Source: Paraspadella gotoi (Eukaryota; Animalia; Chaetognatha). Taken from it: 64,000 nucleotides of DNA. The position numbers and the translations under genes are program-made. Positions 1 to 13,099 of this stretch are shown here, one piece after another; the first letter of the stretch is position 1; every line of letters begins with the position of its first letter. The DNA lies in the NCBI GenBank assembly GCA_051294375.1, contig CM119265.1, positions 5,138,355 through 5,202,354 on the forward strand, written 5' to 3'. The notes below the pieces were generated by a model. That model was not told where the DNA came from. It saw only the letters and a list, made by a program, of their open reading frames with translations, and did no database searches.

Positions 1-250
1 GGGACATTGGAGAGACGCGCGTTTTTACGCTGGCGAATTATGACATTTGGCGGAGCTCATGGTCGCGCATAACGGATGTGATATGAGAGGAAAAAAAAAA
101 AAGAAGAGAGGACATTAAAAAAGGGATGAAGAAAAGAGAAGAAAAGAAAAGATATGGGGTGGGGTAATCTGTTGTTTGGGTGGGGACTTGATATATAGGA
201 AGAGAAAACTTGCTTTTATAGGAGAGAAAAATAGAGATATACATGAGAAT

Positions 251-282
<32 letters not shown>

Positions 283-1620
283 GATTATGAAAATGTCGAA
301 TAGTCAACAATAACATTTAAAAAAAATCAGCGCTTTTCTCGTTCACATGTAAACGATCAAAGGTGAACGTGATAAGGAGAAAAAGGTGGTTTAATAACTC
401 TATATTTTAAAGTAGATTTAAATTTGGTTCTGAGGATATTTTTTTCTTGGACTAATGTTGAATTAAAGAAAAAAGAAAAAAAAAACAAGACAAGTTGTGC
501 TCAAAAGTAAGTTTGGTGAGTCAGAGAAACCGGAACTTTCTCTCGTTTCGATTTGAATCATTGAAAAAACATTCGAGGAAAGTCGGTCGGGAATTAACAT
601 TTAACTTTTTCTCATCAATTTCTTGCTTATTTTTTATTGCAATATTTACTAATTACTAAAAGTATAACTCATTAAAACATGAATTTAAATATAAGTCACA
701 AATTAATATAGTTTTAATAGTTTTCAGTGAACATTGCTATTCTGGGCTCAAGAAAATATAAATATTTTCGTAAAAATTGGCATTTTTATCGTAAAGCTCA
801 ACACTTAAAGTTTGGATTATTTTGTCAGAGGTTTTAGGAAAAAAAATGTGTCATTCGATAGTTTTTTTACTTCCTGTTTTAACTCAGTCCGGCTTTCTCT
901 TTCCTTACCTTTCGCTTTCGACAGCTATTTTTAGAAAATTGTTCCTCTTTCGCCGAGAGTGAGGTAATAATATTGGATCCTACTACGAAAGTGTATAAAA
1001 ACTCTGGATCAAAATCGAAATTTATTCTTCTCAAGTCTGAATCCGAAATATCAAAGAAACATTAAAATTGAAAACCATTTTTTTAAACTGATTATTTTCA
1101 TTTTCGTCGAACAGAGAAAATCGTGACGTTTCTGATTTTCCCCTCTTTTACATCCAGGAGAAATATTACTTTTTAAATTTTTAAAGTTTTTTAAAGTTGG
1201 TGTAGAAGATTCTTTTGATATTTGATATTTAATCATTGTTTTCCGACATTCCAAATTTTCTTTCCTATTCATTATCCTACGTTTACTACATAACAAGACA
1301 AAATCTCTCTTTGAAATTATCATTTGTACTCGAGTTACAGAGCTTGCCGTCTCAGAAATTCTAGACGGATGCTACTGTAGCTTAAAAATCCTGAGCTGAA
1401 AAAAGTCTCTGTATGAATCTTTATCTTTTCTTCTCACAGTAATCTTTTTTTACTGATTAATGCCATTAATAATGGACGTTTTGGCCTCCTAAAATTTTTT
1501 AACTATATATGTATGAACACTTTTAGACCCGTCGATAGCCCCATTTCGCAAACGAATAATAATTTGAAAACATTCTCCTTGATCTCTCCGCCACCTCTCC
1601 GCCACTTCCAATCGCCCTTC

Positions 1621-1909
1621 ATGATGTCCCCCACCTCAACCACCTCCGAAGTCCCTCCGCCCGACACTCTCTCCGCGGAAGAGCTCGTCCGAGTCTTCTC
1701 CGATCCAGTTCAACTCAAAAAGTACGAGTTCAGTCCGGAGCGAATGGCCTTTCACAAGCAGAGCCTCCAGAGCGTCTTCTTCATGGAGTTGCCCTTCGAC
1801 GACATCAAGCGCCTCGTCGAGAGAGAACGCGACGCCATCTTCCTGCATCTGGATCAAGTCGGGGCAGAGCGGCCGAAATTCGAGCATGTTGGCAGTACTT
1901 CGATTGAAG
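1621..1909 (+). CDS. GrpB/UPF0157 nucleotidyltransferase-like protein, exon 1 of 3 (spliced CDS 1621-1909, 2017-2297, 2641-2793; 240 aa)
   Basis: GC-rich codons start at ATG 1621. The exon ends ...PKFEHVGSTSIE-G, the GrpB signature (EH[IV]GST). Donor GAAG|GTTCAT at 1910, phase 1. An in-frame upstream ATG at 1513 is possible but lies in AT-rich sequence. Confidence 0.85.
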
Positions 1910-2016
1910 GTTCATTTTAAATAAATAAAATAAAATAAATAAATAAATAAATAGAAAATAAAAAATAAATAAATAAATTAATTAAATGAATTTAAATAAA
2001 TAAATAAACTTTCCAG

Positions 2017-2297
2017 GAATGCCCGGAACGATCAACCCGGACGGCCTCTTAATCCTGCCGAACTTCCCGCCGACCCTCCCCGTCGTCGAGGCGCTCTTGA
2101 AGGCCGGCTTCAAGTTCCGCACGGTGGCGCTCCACGCCGAGAACGACCTCTGGTTCTTCAAGACACTGAAGGAGGCGCCGTGTGAGGGGAAAATGATGGG
2201 CGTCCACGTCGTCGCTGAAGGAAACAGGATGGCGGAGATGTTGATGGTGACCAGGGACACTTGCAACAGGGACGAGGCCGCCTTCGAAGAGTACAGG
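2017..2297 (+). CDS. GrpB/UPF0157-like protein, exon 2
   Basis: Acceptor TTTCCAG|GA ATG restores the frame (G-MPGTINPD...LLKAGF...WFFK...VHV...RD...EEYR). Donor AGG|GTGAGT at 2298. Motif order matches GrpB (D after the GST motif, G[FY], FF.K, H, RD, Y). Confidence 0.88.
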
Positions 2298-2640
2298 GTG
2301 AGTGTTTTTGAATGTGTTTCAGGATGCGAGGACGTGATGTGAAGATGTGAGGATTTGGTTTGAAACTTGGCGTTGAGTTACGTTTTTAAAAGTTTGATGT
2401 TTTTTTTTTTCAGTAAAATATCGTACACCGATTATAGTTTTATTTAGGTTTTATGAGTAATTTTGACAATTAATCAATATTTTATTTAGTTTAAATTTGT
2501 CTGAATCTGCAAGTTGAAAGTAAAATCGAATGAATAATTTACCATTTTTTTATTATTTTCGGGTAAAGAAAGTCATGAAAGACATTAACAAAATTTGAGC
2601 TAAAGACAAAGATTCAAAACGATGACTCTTTCAATTGCAG

Positions 2641-2793
2641 GCGGCGAAGTTGGCGGCAGCGGCCTCGGGAGATATCATATCGTACAAGTTGAAAAAGGGA
2701 AAGAACAGTTTGTTCAAAAGGATCGGGAAACAAGTTGGGATGGACATGTCGAGAATTCGCGAAACCGAAGCCGCCGTGTTGAAAGAAGACTAA
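2641..2793 (+). CDS. GrpB/UPF0157-like protein, exon 3 (terminal)
   Basis: Acceptor TTGCAG|GCG, phase 0. Translates AAKLAAAASGDIISYKLKKGKNSLFKRIGKQVGMDMSRIRETEAAVLKED*, completing the GrpB C-terminal Y..xK.xA....Y...K pattern. Stop TAA at 2791-2793. Confidence 0.82.
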   Translation, partial: AAKLAAAASGDIISYKLKKGKNSLFKRIGKQVGMDMSRIRETEAAVLKED

Positions 2794-4560
2794 TAAATAT
2801 TTTCGAAAGTTGATATCTTGCGTTCGTTAAAAATAATGTTGCCAATAATTTTACTATCATAGCAATTGAAGAAACCATCTCTCCCGATATTTGTACAATC
2901 ATGCTCTTATATATTAATTTTTTTTGGTCTGTTTTACGCTTAATTTTATGAAAGTAAAAAACTTTTTATCTTACGTCGATTTTTTTCAATAATAAGGCGA
3001 AAATAGGCGACACCACAGATTATCAACCTATCAAAAAATTAAAGCATTAAAGATATAAACTAAGTATGTACGAAAATAACTTTTTTTTATAAAAAAAACG
3101 ATAACAATTCAACCCTCTTGCCCCAACCCGCCCTCATGACATTTGGCCTCCCTAACCCAAAGGGCGAGTGAAATATGTGTCCGAGCGGCGGGAATCCCAG
3201 GACGCCCATCTCATGGCGACGGAGTCATTGCCAATGTCGTAGCCGCCGCTGCGTCAGTCGCCGCCGCCGCCGCCGCCGCCGCCAGGTCCCGATCCAATAT
3301 CCATCTCGACGGGATAGACGGTCGAGGAGTTTCTTCTTTCGTTTTCAATGGAAATCATCGTGAAAATTTGAAAGATTATACCATACTTATATTTTACTAC
3401 AAACAGTAAGGCGGAATCCATCGTTAATATTAAATTCGCATTTATTAAAAGCGCAATAAGCCCAGAAATAATTGTCTAATTCCCATTGAATAACAACAAC
3501 GACAACAACCAAACTACTTTGGTAAGTTATGGTCCGTCTCTTTGGCCATTGTCGCCTTGGCTCGCCTCTCCGGTCGCCTTTCCGCGTTTTGGTCGGGACT
3601 CGCCCCCCCCCCTCGTTCCATCGCCCAATCGCCCCACCGCCCCACTGCTCCACCGCCCCCTGGATAATCTCATTTTTTTAGGCGTCGGACTCCGACATCG
3701 ATTCGCGACACGGTCGGTTTAACTCACTTTCAACGAATTGGCCCTCTGAGGTAAGTTAAGCGTGGGCGGATGCATTTAATATAAAATGTGTTATTTCCTT
3801 ATTTTTTTCCAATTCGTCATAAATTAACTTGAGGCTGGAATGAAAAAAAAAACAAAAAAAACAAAAACGAAAAACAATCCGAACATGAAGTATGAAAAAG
3901 ATAAAAAAAATGTTGGAAAGATCAGATATAAAGAGCAGAACCTTCTCAGTGGAAACTGACATATGTCATCTCGAAATGAAGCGAAAGGAAAAGCAGATGG
4001 CGGAAGAGAATAGAGTTCATAATTCGAGCGGAGAAACGTCAAGAGATAAAGACTCCTCGAAGCGACGGGCGAAGTGCCACTTTCGATCTTCGACTAATGG
4101 TCACTCGATGGCGTCGAAATGGAGGATCTTTTGGGAGCAGACAGATTTAGGTCACTTGTTTTCTTCTGTGGGGGAGGGTTATTTTCGTCTTTGTTTTGGA
4201 ATATATGTACTCTTGTAATTACTCGTTTTATTACTTCACTAACTTACTTTCATACTCATACACTTGCTGTCATTTTAATCCTTTTCCTTACGCGCCTTCC
4301 AACTCAATAAGCGCCCGAAAAAATCATCTTTTTCGCGGGAGGAAACGCGTCTTATCCCTGGCGCGTACATCCCTTCTCGTGCACACACCTCGCACGCATT
4401 TTTCACAATTCTTCTCCGTCCCGTCAAACTCCAGGTTCGCCGGGTTTTTCCGCCGCCCGACGTCAAAAAGAAGAGAGAAAAATTTGGGCCGAAATGAAAT
4501 TAATGGAAAATAAACCGAAAGTCAGCAAATCACCCCATTCCAAATTCGACTCAGCGGGTT

Positions 4561-4603
<43 letters not shown>

Positions 4604-5370
4604 TCTCCTCTCTCTCTCTCTCTCTCTCTCTTCTCACTCTACACTAAAGCGAGAATCACAATAACGGCAGGTAGTAATATTCCCAACCTCCCCTCTCCTC
4701 CTCAGTACTCATTCTTTTTTCCCCCTTTTCCCTCTCATCTAATCCTCTCCAACATCCATCCCCGCCCCCACCGCCCCCACCGCCTCAACGCCTCACCGCC
4801 ACCCCCCGCTGGGAGAGGCGAGAAAACGCCAAATCCACAATTTCCGGTCTGGCAGCGAGAGACAAGAACTGATGGGCGCAACGAGGCCCGACGAGGCGTC
4901 TGTCTCCTTCTTTTTTCTCGCTTCTCCATCATCCAATCTTTTTCTTTTTTTTCGAGAGCCAACTTCGGGAAGACGCCATGGTACCATCCCGTTTCAAAGA
5001 TGCGAACCACCTTGGCACAACAGATGCAAACTACCTGGCTACAAAAGATAAAAACCAAAATTCAACCAAAGAAAGTCATAGCCTCATTAGCAAAGATAGC
5101 AGCGACGACAATCAACCACGAAAAAAGCGCACCCCTGCTTTTTTGAATACTGAGCGATAGTTAAGCGGCGCTCTGCCACCACAGTGATGATCTCGCATGT
5201 GATGGGCCAAACAAAACAGACGCTTCATTACTTAACACCGAAAACAAAGCACGGCCCAGCAACAGACGCATTAAAAACCAGGAGGCGACTATTTTAGACT
5301 TTTTCCGACTTGAGCGTAAAGGGTGTAAGAGAGAGAAGAGGTAAGTTTTCTTTCGTCTGCAGGTTTCTGC

Positions 5371-5447
<77 letters not shown>

Positions 5448-6429
5448 CATAAAAATCCAAAAGGCAGTTTGGGAGTGGGGGTGGCCACCAGTGGATGAAA
5501 ATCGGCTATCTAGAAAAAAATTTGGTTGACCAGGGAGATTTACTTGACAACTCGTCAAATGAAAACGAGAAAAAGAAGCGATACCAAGAATCAAGCAAGC
5601 CCCATAAACTTGGCATTTGCGAGTTAGAGATATCGTCTATATGGAAGAACAGATAATAATAAACAATATTTGAAAACTCTAGTCGTATCAAAATATACTA
5701 TAAATAAAAAGCAAACAGAAGAAAGCACCGGATATTCACGTTCAGTTTGAAGTGAAATCGTACAAGTCTTTCGCCGCTGACAACAAAGCCACAACATACA
5801 AGGTCTGGCTTCGAAGAAATTGTCTCCCGAGATCAAAGATCGAATATCACGACGGGAAAAAAAACTTGAAAAGTCGACCCCTGAACATCGAGGAAGGAAG
5901 GGAAAGTCCCCAAGGGGTCGCCAAAGGGTGCCCACTCCCTGGGGCTTCGGTGGGCGGGTAAAAGAGGCGGATTTGAAACTCGATCATAAAATCAGCGCCG
6001 CGTCTCAAATTCCTCGAGATCCGGGGTCAAAGGTCAGAGGGGTCGCACGTCCCGGATGTGAGAGGGGGCGTTTCAGGGGAGGACGAAGGGTGGTTGGGCG
6101 GCGATTGACGGGTGATTGAGGCAGGAAATGGCGCAGAGAATTTCAACGACTTCAAATCGGTCTCTTTTGCACGACGCGGGTCGAGGGAAATCACGAGTGG
6201 ACGTGGAGGGTGGTCTAATCTGGTAGGGGAGTGAGCGGGCGATTGGTGGGTTGTATCGAGTGGTGACCGAACAATTACCGCTGAGAATGGTGAGTTCGTG
6301 TTTCGGAGTGAGGAATTTTAGTGCAAGAAAAAAGGTAAAAAAAAAAAACGAAAATAAAAAAAGGGTGAAAATTAGAGGGGAAAAAAATCAAGGAAAGCGG
6401 AACCAGGATAAAACGATTGTCCTCGCGGT

Positions 6430-6535
6430 CCCTCGATGTGAGATAATTTGAGACAAGATGAAGACGACGAAGAAAATAGAGCCCTCCGATGTGAAGTAAT
6501 TTGAGACAAGATGAAGAACGACCAAGAAAATAGAG
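6430..6535. repeat. ~53-bp tandem duplication (2 units)
   Basis: CCCTCGATGTGAGATAATTTGAGACAAGATGAAGACGACGAAGAAAATAGAG occurs twice with small differences. It is not duplicated in the homologous site near 16430-16470. Confidence 0.8.
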
Positions 6536-7789
6536 TTAAAGGGTCGCCTAATTCGAGGTCCCGATTGGGATTTTAGAAGAGAAAGAGGAGAAAGAGAGAG
6601 AGAGAGAGAGTGGAGAGAGTGAGAAGTGAGAGAGAGAGAAGGAGAGAAGAGAGAAGGAGAAGGAGAAGGACGAGAGNNNNNNNNNNNNNNNNNNNNNNNN
6701 NAGAGAGAGAGAGAGAGAGTGATCTGTGTAAAAGAGAACGGTCACGAATGTCTGCCTTTGTGAGATATATCTGCACTTAAAAACAAGCATAAAAGAAAAT
6801 TGCTTCAGGTTCGATTTTTGAAATTTCATTCTTCGGTTTAAAAAGGGGAAAATAAATCACGAGAAACAATGTCGACGTGAATTTTATAGACGAAATGCAA
6901 TTCTCTTTTATTCCTGTTTGAATACAAAAAAATTCAAATCTTTTTTTCTTCTTTAGTTTCTACCGCACGAAATTCGTGAGAAGCACATGTGAACGAAAAC
7001 AAACTGAAAAAAGTGAAATTCAAACGTAAGGCGTCGTGAAAAAACTCTCTCTCTCTNNNNNNNNNNCTCTCTCCTTTCCAAACTTCAATCTTTCCTCTCT
7101 CTCTCTCTATCGCTCTCTCCCTCGTTCTCGCTCTTTTCTTCTGGGCGAATAAACTCGGAACGAGGTTTTCCGTTCGAAGGCGAAAAACGAAAATTTCAAA
7201 TTCGGGTCACGTTTCTCTTCCCGAGCACCCGAAATTTTCCGGCCCACCGCCGACGCCGGCATCCCCCTCTTCCCCGGGGGGAGGGTGGGGAGGGGGTTTG
7301 GGTGGTTTATTTTTGGCTGAAAGTGGTTTCCGGGAAGGTGGGTTCGGAAGTTGGAAGAGTCAGAGGGGAGGGAGAAGAAAGGAAAAAGTTTCCTTCCGTC
7401 GCATAAAGTCGGAAGAAAATGGCGACGGCGAAGCGTGAAGCGTCTTTTCGGGCGTGAGACGGCGGGATGGCGCGGCTCCGCAGGGTTGGCGGGATAGCGA
7501 AGCGCTGTTGGTTGGCAGGATGACGCGGCGCTGCAGGTTGGAGGGATGACACGAAGCTGCAGATTGGCGGGACGGCGGGACGCTGAGTGCTGTTGGAATT
7601 GTGAAAACATCGTTTAAAGTTAGTGAGATGGTGCCGCAATCAAAGACGTCAGAATTCGCGGAGGTTGCTGACTTGCTNNNNNNNNNNATGTGTGCAAGGG
7701 CGATGGGTATAGTCAAATTAAAAACTTCAATGCTGTCATGATTCAAAGAGCCGGAAGTCAATATATTGTCTCAAGAAGACAAAACCGCA

Positions 7790-8694
7790 GAAATTCGAGC
7801 ATGTTGGCAGTACTTCGATTGAAGGTCATTAAATAAATAAAATAAAATAAATAATAAATAAATAGAAATAAAAAATAAATAAATAAATTAATAAATGAAT
7901 TTAAATAAATAAATTAAACTTTCCAGGAATGCCCGGAACGATCAACCCGGACGGCTCTAATCCTGCCGAACTTCCGCCGACCCTCCCCGTCGTCGAGGCG
8001 CTTGAAGGCCGCTTCAAGTTCCGCACGGTGGCGCTCCACGCCGAGAACGACCTCTGGTTCTTCAAGACACTGAAGGAGGCGCCGCTGTAGGGGAAAATGA
8101 TGGGCGTCCACGTCGTCGCTGAAGGAAACAGGATGGCGGAGATGTTGATGGTGACAGGGACACTTGCAACAGGGACGAGGCGCCTCGAAGAGTACAGGGT
8201 GAGTGTTTTGGAATGTGTTTCAGGATGCGAGGACGTGATGTGAAGATGAGGGATTGGTTTGAAACTTGGCGTTGAGCTACCGTTTTTAAAAGTTTTGATG
8301 TTTTTTTTTCAGTAAAATATCGTACACCGATTATAGTTTTATTTAGGGTTTATGAGTAATTTTGACAATTAATCAATATTTTATTTAGTTTAATATTTGT
8401 CTGAATCCTGCAAGTTGAAATAAAATCGAATGAATAATTTACCATTTTTTTATTTTTTCGGGTAAATGAAAGTCCATGAAGACATTAACAAAATTTGAGC
8501 TAAAGACCAAAGATCAAAACGATGACTCTTTCAATTGCAGGCGGCGAAGTTGGCGGCAGGCGGCCTCGGGAGATATCATATCGTACAAGTTGAAAAAGGG
8601 AAAGAACAGTTTGTTCAAAAAGGATCGGGAACAAGTTGGGATGGACATGTCGAGAATTCGCGAAACCGAAGCCGCCGTGTTGAAAGAAGAATAA
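7790..8694 (+). pseudogene. 5'-truncated, frameshifted second copy of the GrpB-like gene (pseudogene, or second allele with sequencing errors)
   Basis: Begins inside exon 1 at KFEHVGSTSIEG. Homologues of exon 2 (~7927-8198) and exon 3 (~8541-8694) carry many 1-bp indels. Confidence 0.75.
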
Positions 8695-10393
8695 TAAATA
8701 TTTTTTCGAAAGTTGATATCTTGCGTTCGTTAAAAATAATGTTGCCAATAATTTTACTATCATAGCAATTGAAGAAACCATCTCTCCCGATATTTGTACA
8801 ATCATGCTCTTATATTTAATTTTTTTTGTCTGTTTTACGCTTTTAATTTTATGAAAGTAAAAAACTTTTTATCTTACGTCGATTTTTTTCAATAATAAGG
8901 CGAAAATAGGCGACACCACAGATTATCACCTATCAAAAATTAAAGCATTAAAGATATAAACTAAGTATGTACGAAATAACTTTTTTTATAAAAAAACGAT
9001 AACAATTCAACCCCCTTGCCCCAACCCGCCCTCATGACATTTGGCCTCCTAACCCAAAGGGCGAGTGAAATATGTGTCCGAGCGGCGGGAATCCCAGGAC
9101 GCCCATCTATGCGACGGAGTCATTGCCAATGTCGTAGCCGCCGCTGCGTCAGTCGCCGCCGCGCCGCCGCCGCCGCCAGGTCCCGATCCAAAATCCATCT
9201 CGACGGGATAGACGGTTCGAGGAGTTTCTTCTTTCGTTTCAATGGAAATCATCGTGGAAAATTTGAAAAATTATACCATACTATATTTTACTACAAACAG
9301 TAAGGCGGAATCCATCGTTAATATTAAATTCGCATTATTAAAAGCGCAATAAGCCCAGAAATAATTGTCTAATTCCATTGAATAACAACAACGACAACAA
9401 CCAAACTAACTTTGGTAAGTGATGGTCCGTCTCTTTGGCCATTGTCGCATTGGGCTCGCCTCTCCGGTCGCCTTTCCGCGTTTTTTGGTCGGACTCGCCC
9501 CCCCCTCGTTCCATCGCCCAATCGCCCACCGCCCCACTGCTCCACCGCCCCCTGGATAATCTCATTTTTTTTAGGCGTCGGACTCCGACATCGATTCGCG
9601 ACTCGGTCGTTTAACTCACTTTCAACCGAAATTGGCCCTCTGAGGTAGTTAAGCGTGGCGGATGCATTTAATATAGAATGTGTTATTTCCTTATTTTTTT
9701 TCCAATTCGTCATAAATTAACTTGAGCTGGAATGAAAAAAAAAACAAAAAAAAAAACGAAAAAACATCCGAACATGAAGTATGAAAAAGAGAAAAAAAAT
9801 GTTGGAAAGATCAGATATAAAGAGCAGAACCTTCTCAGTGGAAACTGACATATGTCATCCGAAATGAAGCGAAAGGAAAAGCAGAGGCGGAGGAGAATAG
9901 AGTTCATAATTCGAGCGGAGAAACGTCAAGAGATAAAGACTCCTCGAAGCGAACGGGCGAAGTGCCACTTTCGATCTTCGACTAATGGTCAATCGATGGC
10001 GTCGAAATGGAGGATCTTTTGGGACAGACAGATTTAGGTCACTTGTTTTTTATTCTGTGGGGGAGGGTTATTTTCGTCTTTTTTTTGGAATATATGTACT
10101 CTTGTAATTACTCGTTTTATTACTTCACCTAACTTACTTTCATACTCCATACACTTGCTGTCATTTTAATCGCGGAGGAAACGCGTCTTATCCTGGCGCG
10201 TACATCCCTTCTCGTGCACACACCTCGCACGCATTTTTTCACAATTCTTCTCCGTCCCGTCAAACTCCAGGTTCGCCGGGTTTTTCCGCCGCCCGACGTC
10301 AAAAGAAGAGAGAAAAATTTGGGCCGAAATGAAATTAATGGAAAATAAACCGAAAGTCAGCAAATCACCCCATTCAAATTCGACTCAGCGGGT

Positions 10394-10438
<45 letters not shown>

Positions 10439-11182
10439 TCTCCTCTCCTCTCATCTCTCTCTCTCTCTTTCACTCACACTAAAGCCGAGAATCACATACG
10501 GCAGGTAGTAATACTTCCCAACCCCCCTCTCCTCCTCAGTACTCATTCTTTTTCCCCCTTTTGTCCCTCTCATCTAATCCTCTCCAACATCCATCCCCGC
10601 CCCCACCGCCCCCACCGCCTCACGCCCCACCGCCACCCCCCGCTGGAGAGGCCGAGAAACGCCAAATCCACAATTCCGGTCCTGGCAGCGAAGACAAGAA
10701 CTGATGGGCGCAACGAGGCCCGACGAGGCGTACTGTCTCTTCTTTTTTCTCGCTTCTCCATCATCAATCTTTTTCTTTTTTTTCGAGAGCCACTTCGGGA
10801 AGACGCCATGGTATCATCCGTTTCAAAGATGCGAACCACCTTGGCACAACAGATGCAATACCTGGCACAAAAGATAAAAAACCAAAATCAACCAAAGAAA
10901 GTCATAGCCTCATTAGCAAAGATAGCAGCGACGACAATCAACCACGAAAAAAGCGCACCCCTGCTTTTTTGATACTGAGCGATAGTAAAGCGGCGCTCTG
11001 CCACCAAGTGATGAATGTGATTGGCCACAAAACAGACGCTTCATACTTAACACCGAAAAAAAAGCACGGCCAAGCAACAGACGCATTAAAAACGGGAGGC
11101 GACTATTTTAGACTTTTTCCGACTTGAGCGTAAAGGTGTAAGAGAGAGAAGAGGTAGTTTTCTTTCGTCTGCAGGTTTCTGC

Positions 11183-11224
<42 letters not shown>

Positions 11225-11225
11225 G

Positions 11226-11261
<36 letters not shown>

Positions 11262-12254
11262 CATAAAAATCCAGAAGGCAGTTTGGGAGTGGGGGTGGCC
11301 ACCAGAGGATGAAAATCGCTATCTAGAAAAAAATTTGGTTGACCAGGGAGATTTACTTGACAACTCTCAAATGAAAACGAGAAAAAGAAGCGATACCAAA
11401 ATCAAGCAAGCCCATAAACTTGGCATTTCGCGAGTTAAGATACGTCTATATGGAAGATAATAATAACAATATTTGAAAACTCTAGTCGTATCAAAAATAT
11501 ACTATAAATAAAAAGCAAAACAGAAGAAAGCACCAGATATCACGTTCAGTTTGAAGTGAAATCGTACAAGTCTTCGCCGCGGACAACAAGCCACAACATA
11601 CAAGGTCTGGCTTCGAAGAAATTGTCTCCCGAGATCAAAGATCGAATATCACGACGGGAAAAAAAACTTGAAAAGTCGGACCCTGAAACATCGAGGAAGG
11701 AAGGAAAGTCCCAAGGGGTCGCCATAAGGGGTGCCCACTAAGCGTAGTAAAATTTCTAAATTTAACTTTAATTAAAATTCTAAAAGTGAGGAATGAACAA
11801 CATATACTAATAAACATTTATGTAATAAAAAAATAAATAATTTTACAATTTACGCAGTAGCCATATTTATACTAGTACTAGTCCAATAAATATTAAAATT
11901 TCATAACAGTTTTTTCTAAAATTTTTTTGCAGATTTGGATTCGTCATAAAAAGTGATAAAAAGAAATATAACTCTTTTGAAAAAATTCCTTCATTAAGTG
12001 GGTCAAAAATTAGAAAACAGCTATATTTTAAGCTGAAATTAACTTTTTATATATTAAATGTAGTTTTTTAAATTTTTTTAACCCACTTAATGAAAGAATT
12101 TTTAAAAATGATTTATATTTTCTTTTATCAACTTTTGACGAGGAATTCAATCTGCAATCAAAATTAGAAAAGCATATTTTGAATTTTCGATTTTATAAGG
12201 ATAGTACTTAGAGAAAACAAAGTTTGTTTGTTTGTAAACAACGATTTTTTATTC

Positions 12255-12305
12255 ACAATTGGGACATGTTTTCGGCTCTTGCCTTTAAGCCTTCATCAGC
12301 GTTTG
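12255..12305 (-). ncRNA. Minimal type-I hammerhead ribozyme motif in the inverted pLTR
   Basis: Minus strand reads CTGATGA-A-GGCT-taaaggcaag-AGCC-GAAA-ACATG-TC: conserved core, stem II, palindromic CATG loop III and a GUC cleavage triplet. Stem I is weak. Confidence 0.75.
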
Positions 12306-12346
12306 TTTCATTAACAGGTTTTCTCTCTAACATTAGTTTGAGGGAG

Positions 12347-12388
<42 letters not shown>

Positions 12389-13099
12389 AGAGAAAAATAT
12401 AAAGCTTCCAACACAGAGTGAAAAGACAGTGGTCAGATTGAGGACAGGTGAAGGTAAGGGGAGAGAAGAAGAGGAAAGTGGTTGAAAAATGAATGGTGAA
12501 ATATTGAGAGAGACAGAGGGAGAGAAAATAGTTACATTTTTGTAATGTATAACAAATAAATAAATAATAACAGATTTAAGGATTAAATAACAAATTTAAG
12601 GATTAAACTAACATATTTAACTATTTAAGATTGAAATATAGTGGAAAGGAAGATATGTGGTTAGGGATTAGCTAAGTTCCAGAGGAAGAGAAAATAGAGA
12701 GAGAAAGAGCTCAAAATGAGCTGGCCCCACCTCCCGGCCTGCGCAAAAAGCAGGACGTTGACAGATGCTGATCGGGTCATTGACTTGTCATAGGTTGAGA
12801 GGATATTGTTATGGAACGAGATTGTCCAGGATCTGGTAGCGAGCCGCCTGGAAAGATGCCCAATGCCACTACTAATATCTCTCTGTCCTGGTAAGCCTGC
12901 CGAAAGCCCTCCTCTCGCCTGACGACGAGGCGGGTAGATGCCTGTTCTGGTCTGCTTTGGTGCAGGAGATACAGACTCCTATTCCTCCTCCTGCGCCGTC
13001 GTTTTGGGGCGACGCCCAGTGTGAGAAGAGTCACACCGAGTTGCTGTAGGCTCGGGAGAGTATCGTTGCGTCCATTGCCTGCTGGGAGGCTCCGCCTGC

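Larger units (their letters stand above)
1875..7789. repeat. Copy 1 of a ~5.9-kb tandem duplication (copy 2 = 7790-17676, which contains a 4.2-kb insertion)
   Basis: 1875-5932 aligns by eye with 7790-11735, and 5933-7789 with 15916-17676. Differences are mostly single-base indels plus a few structural differences. Confidence 0.95.

Noticed and set aside
740-1500. AT-rich region with MITE-like words (CGAGTTACAGAG, short inverted segments)
   Set aside because: No definable termini or TSD.
2622-2813. ORF MTLSIAGGEVGG...
   Set aside because: Wrong frame of GrpB exon 3; the spliced frame starts at 2641.
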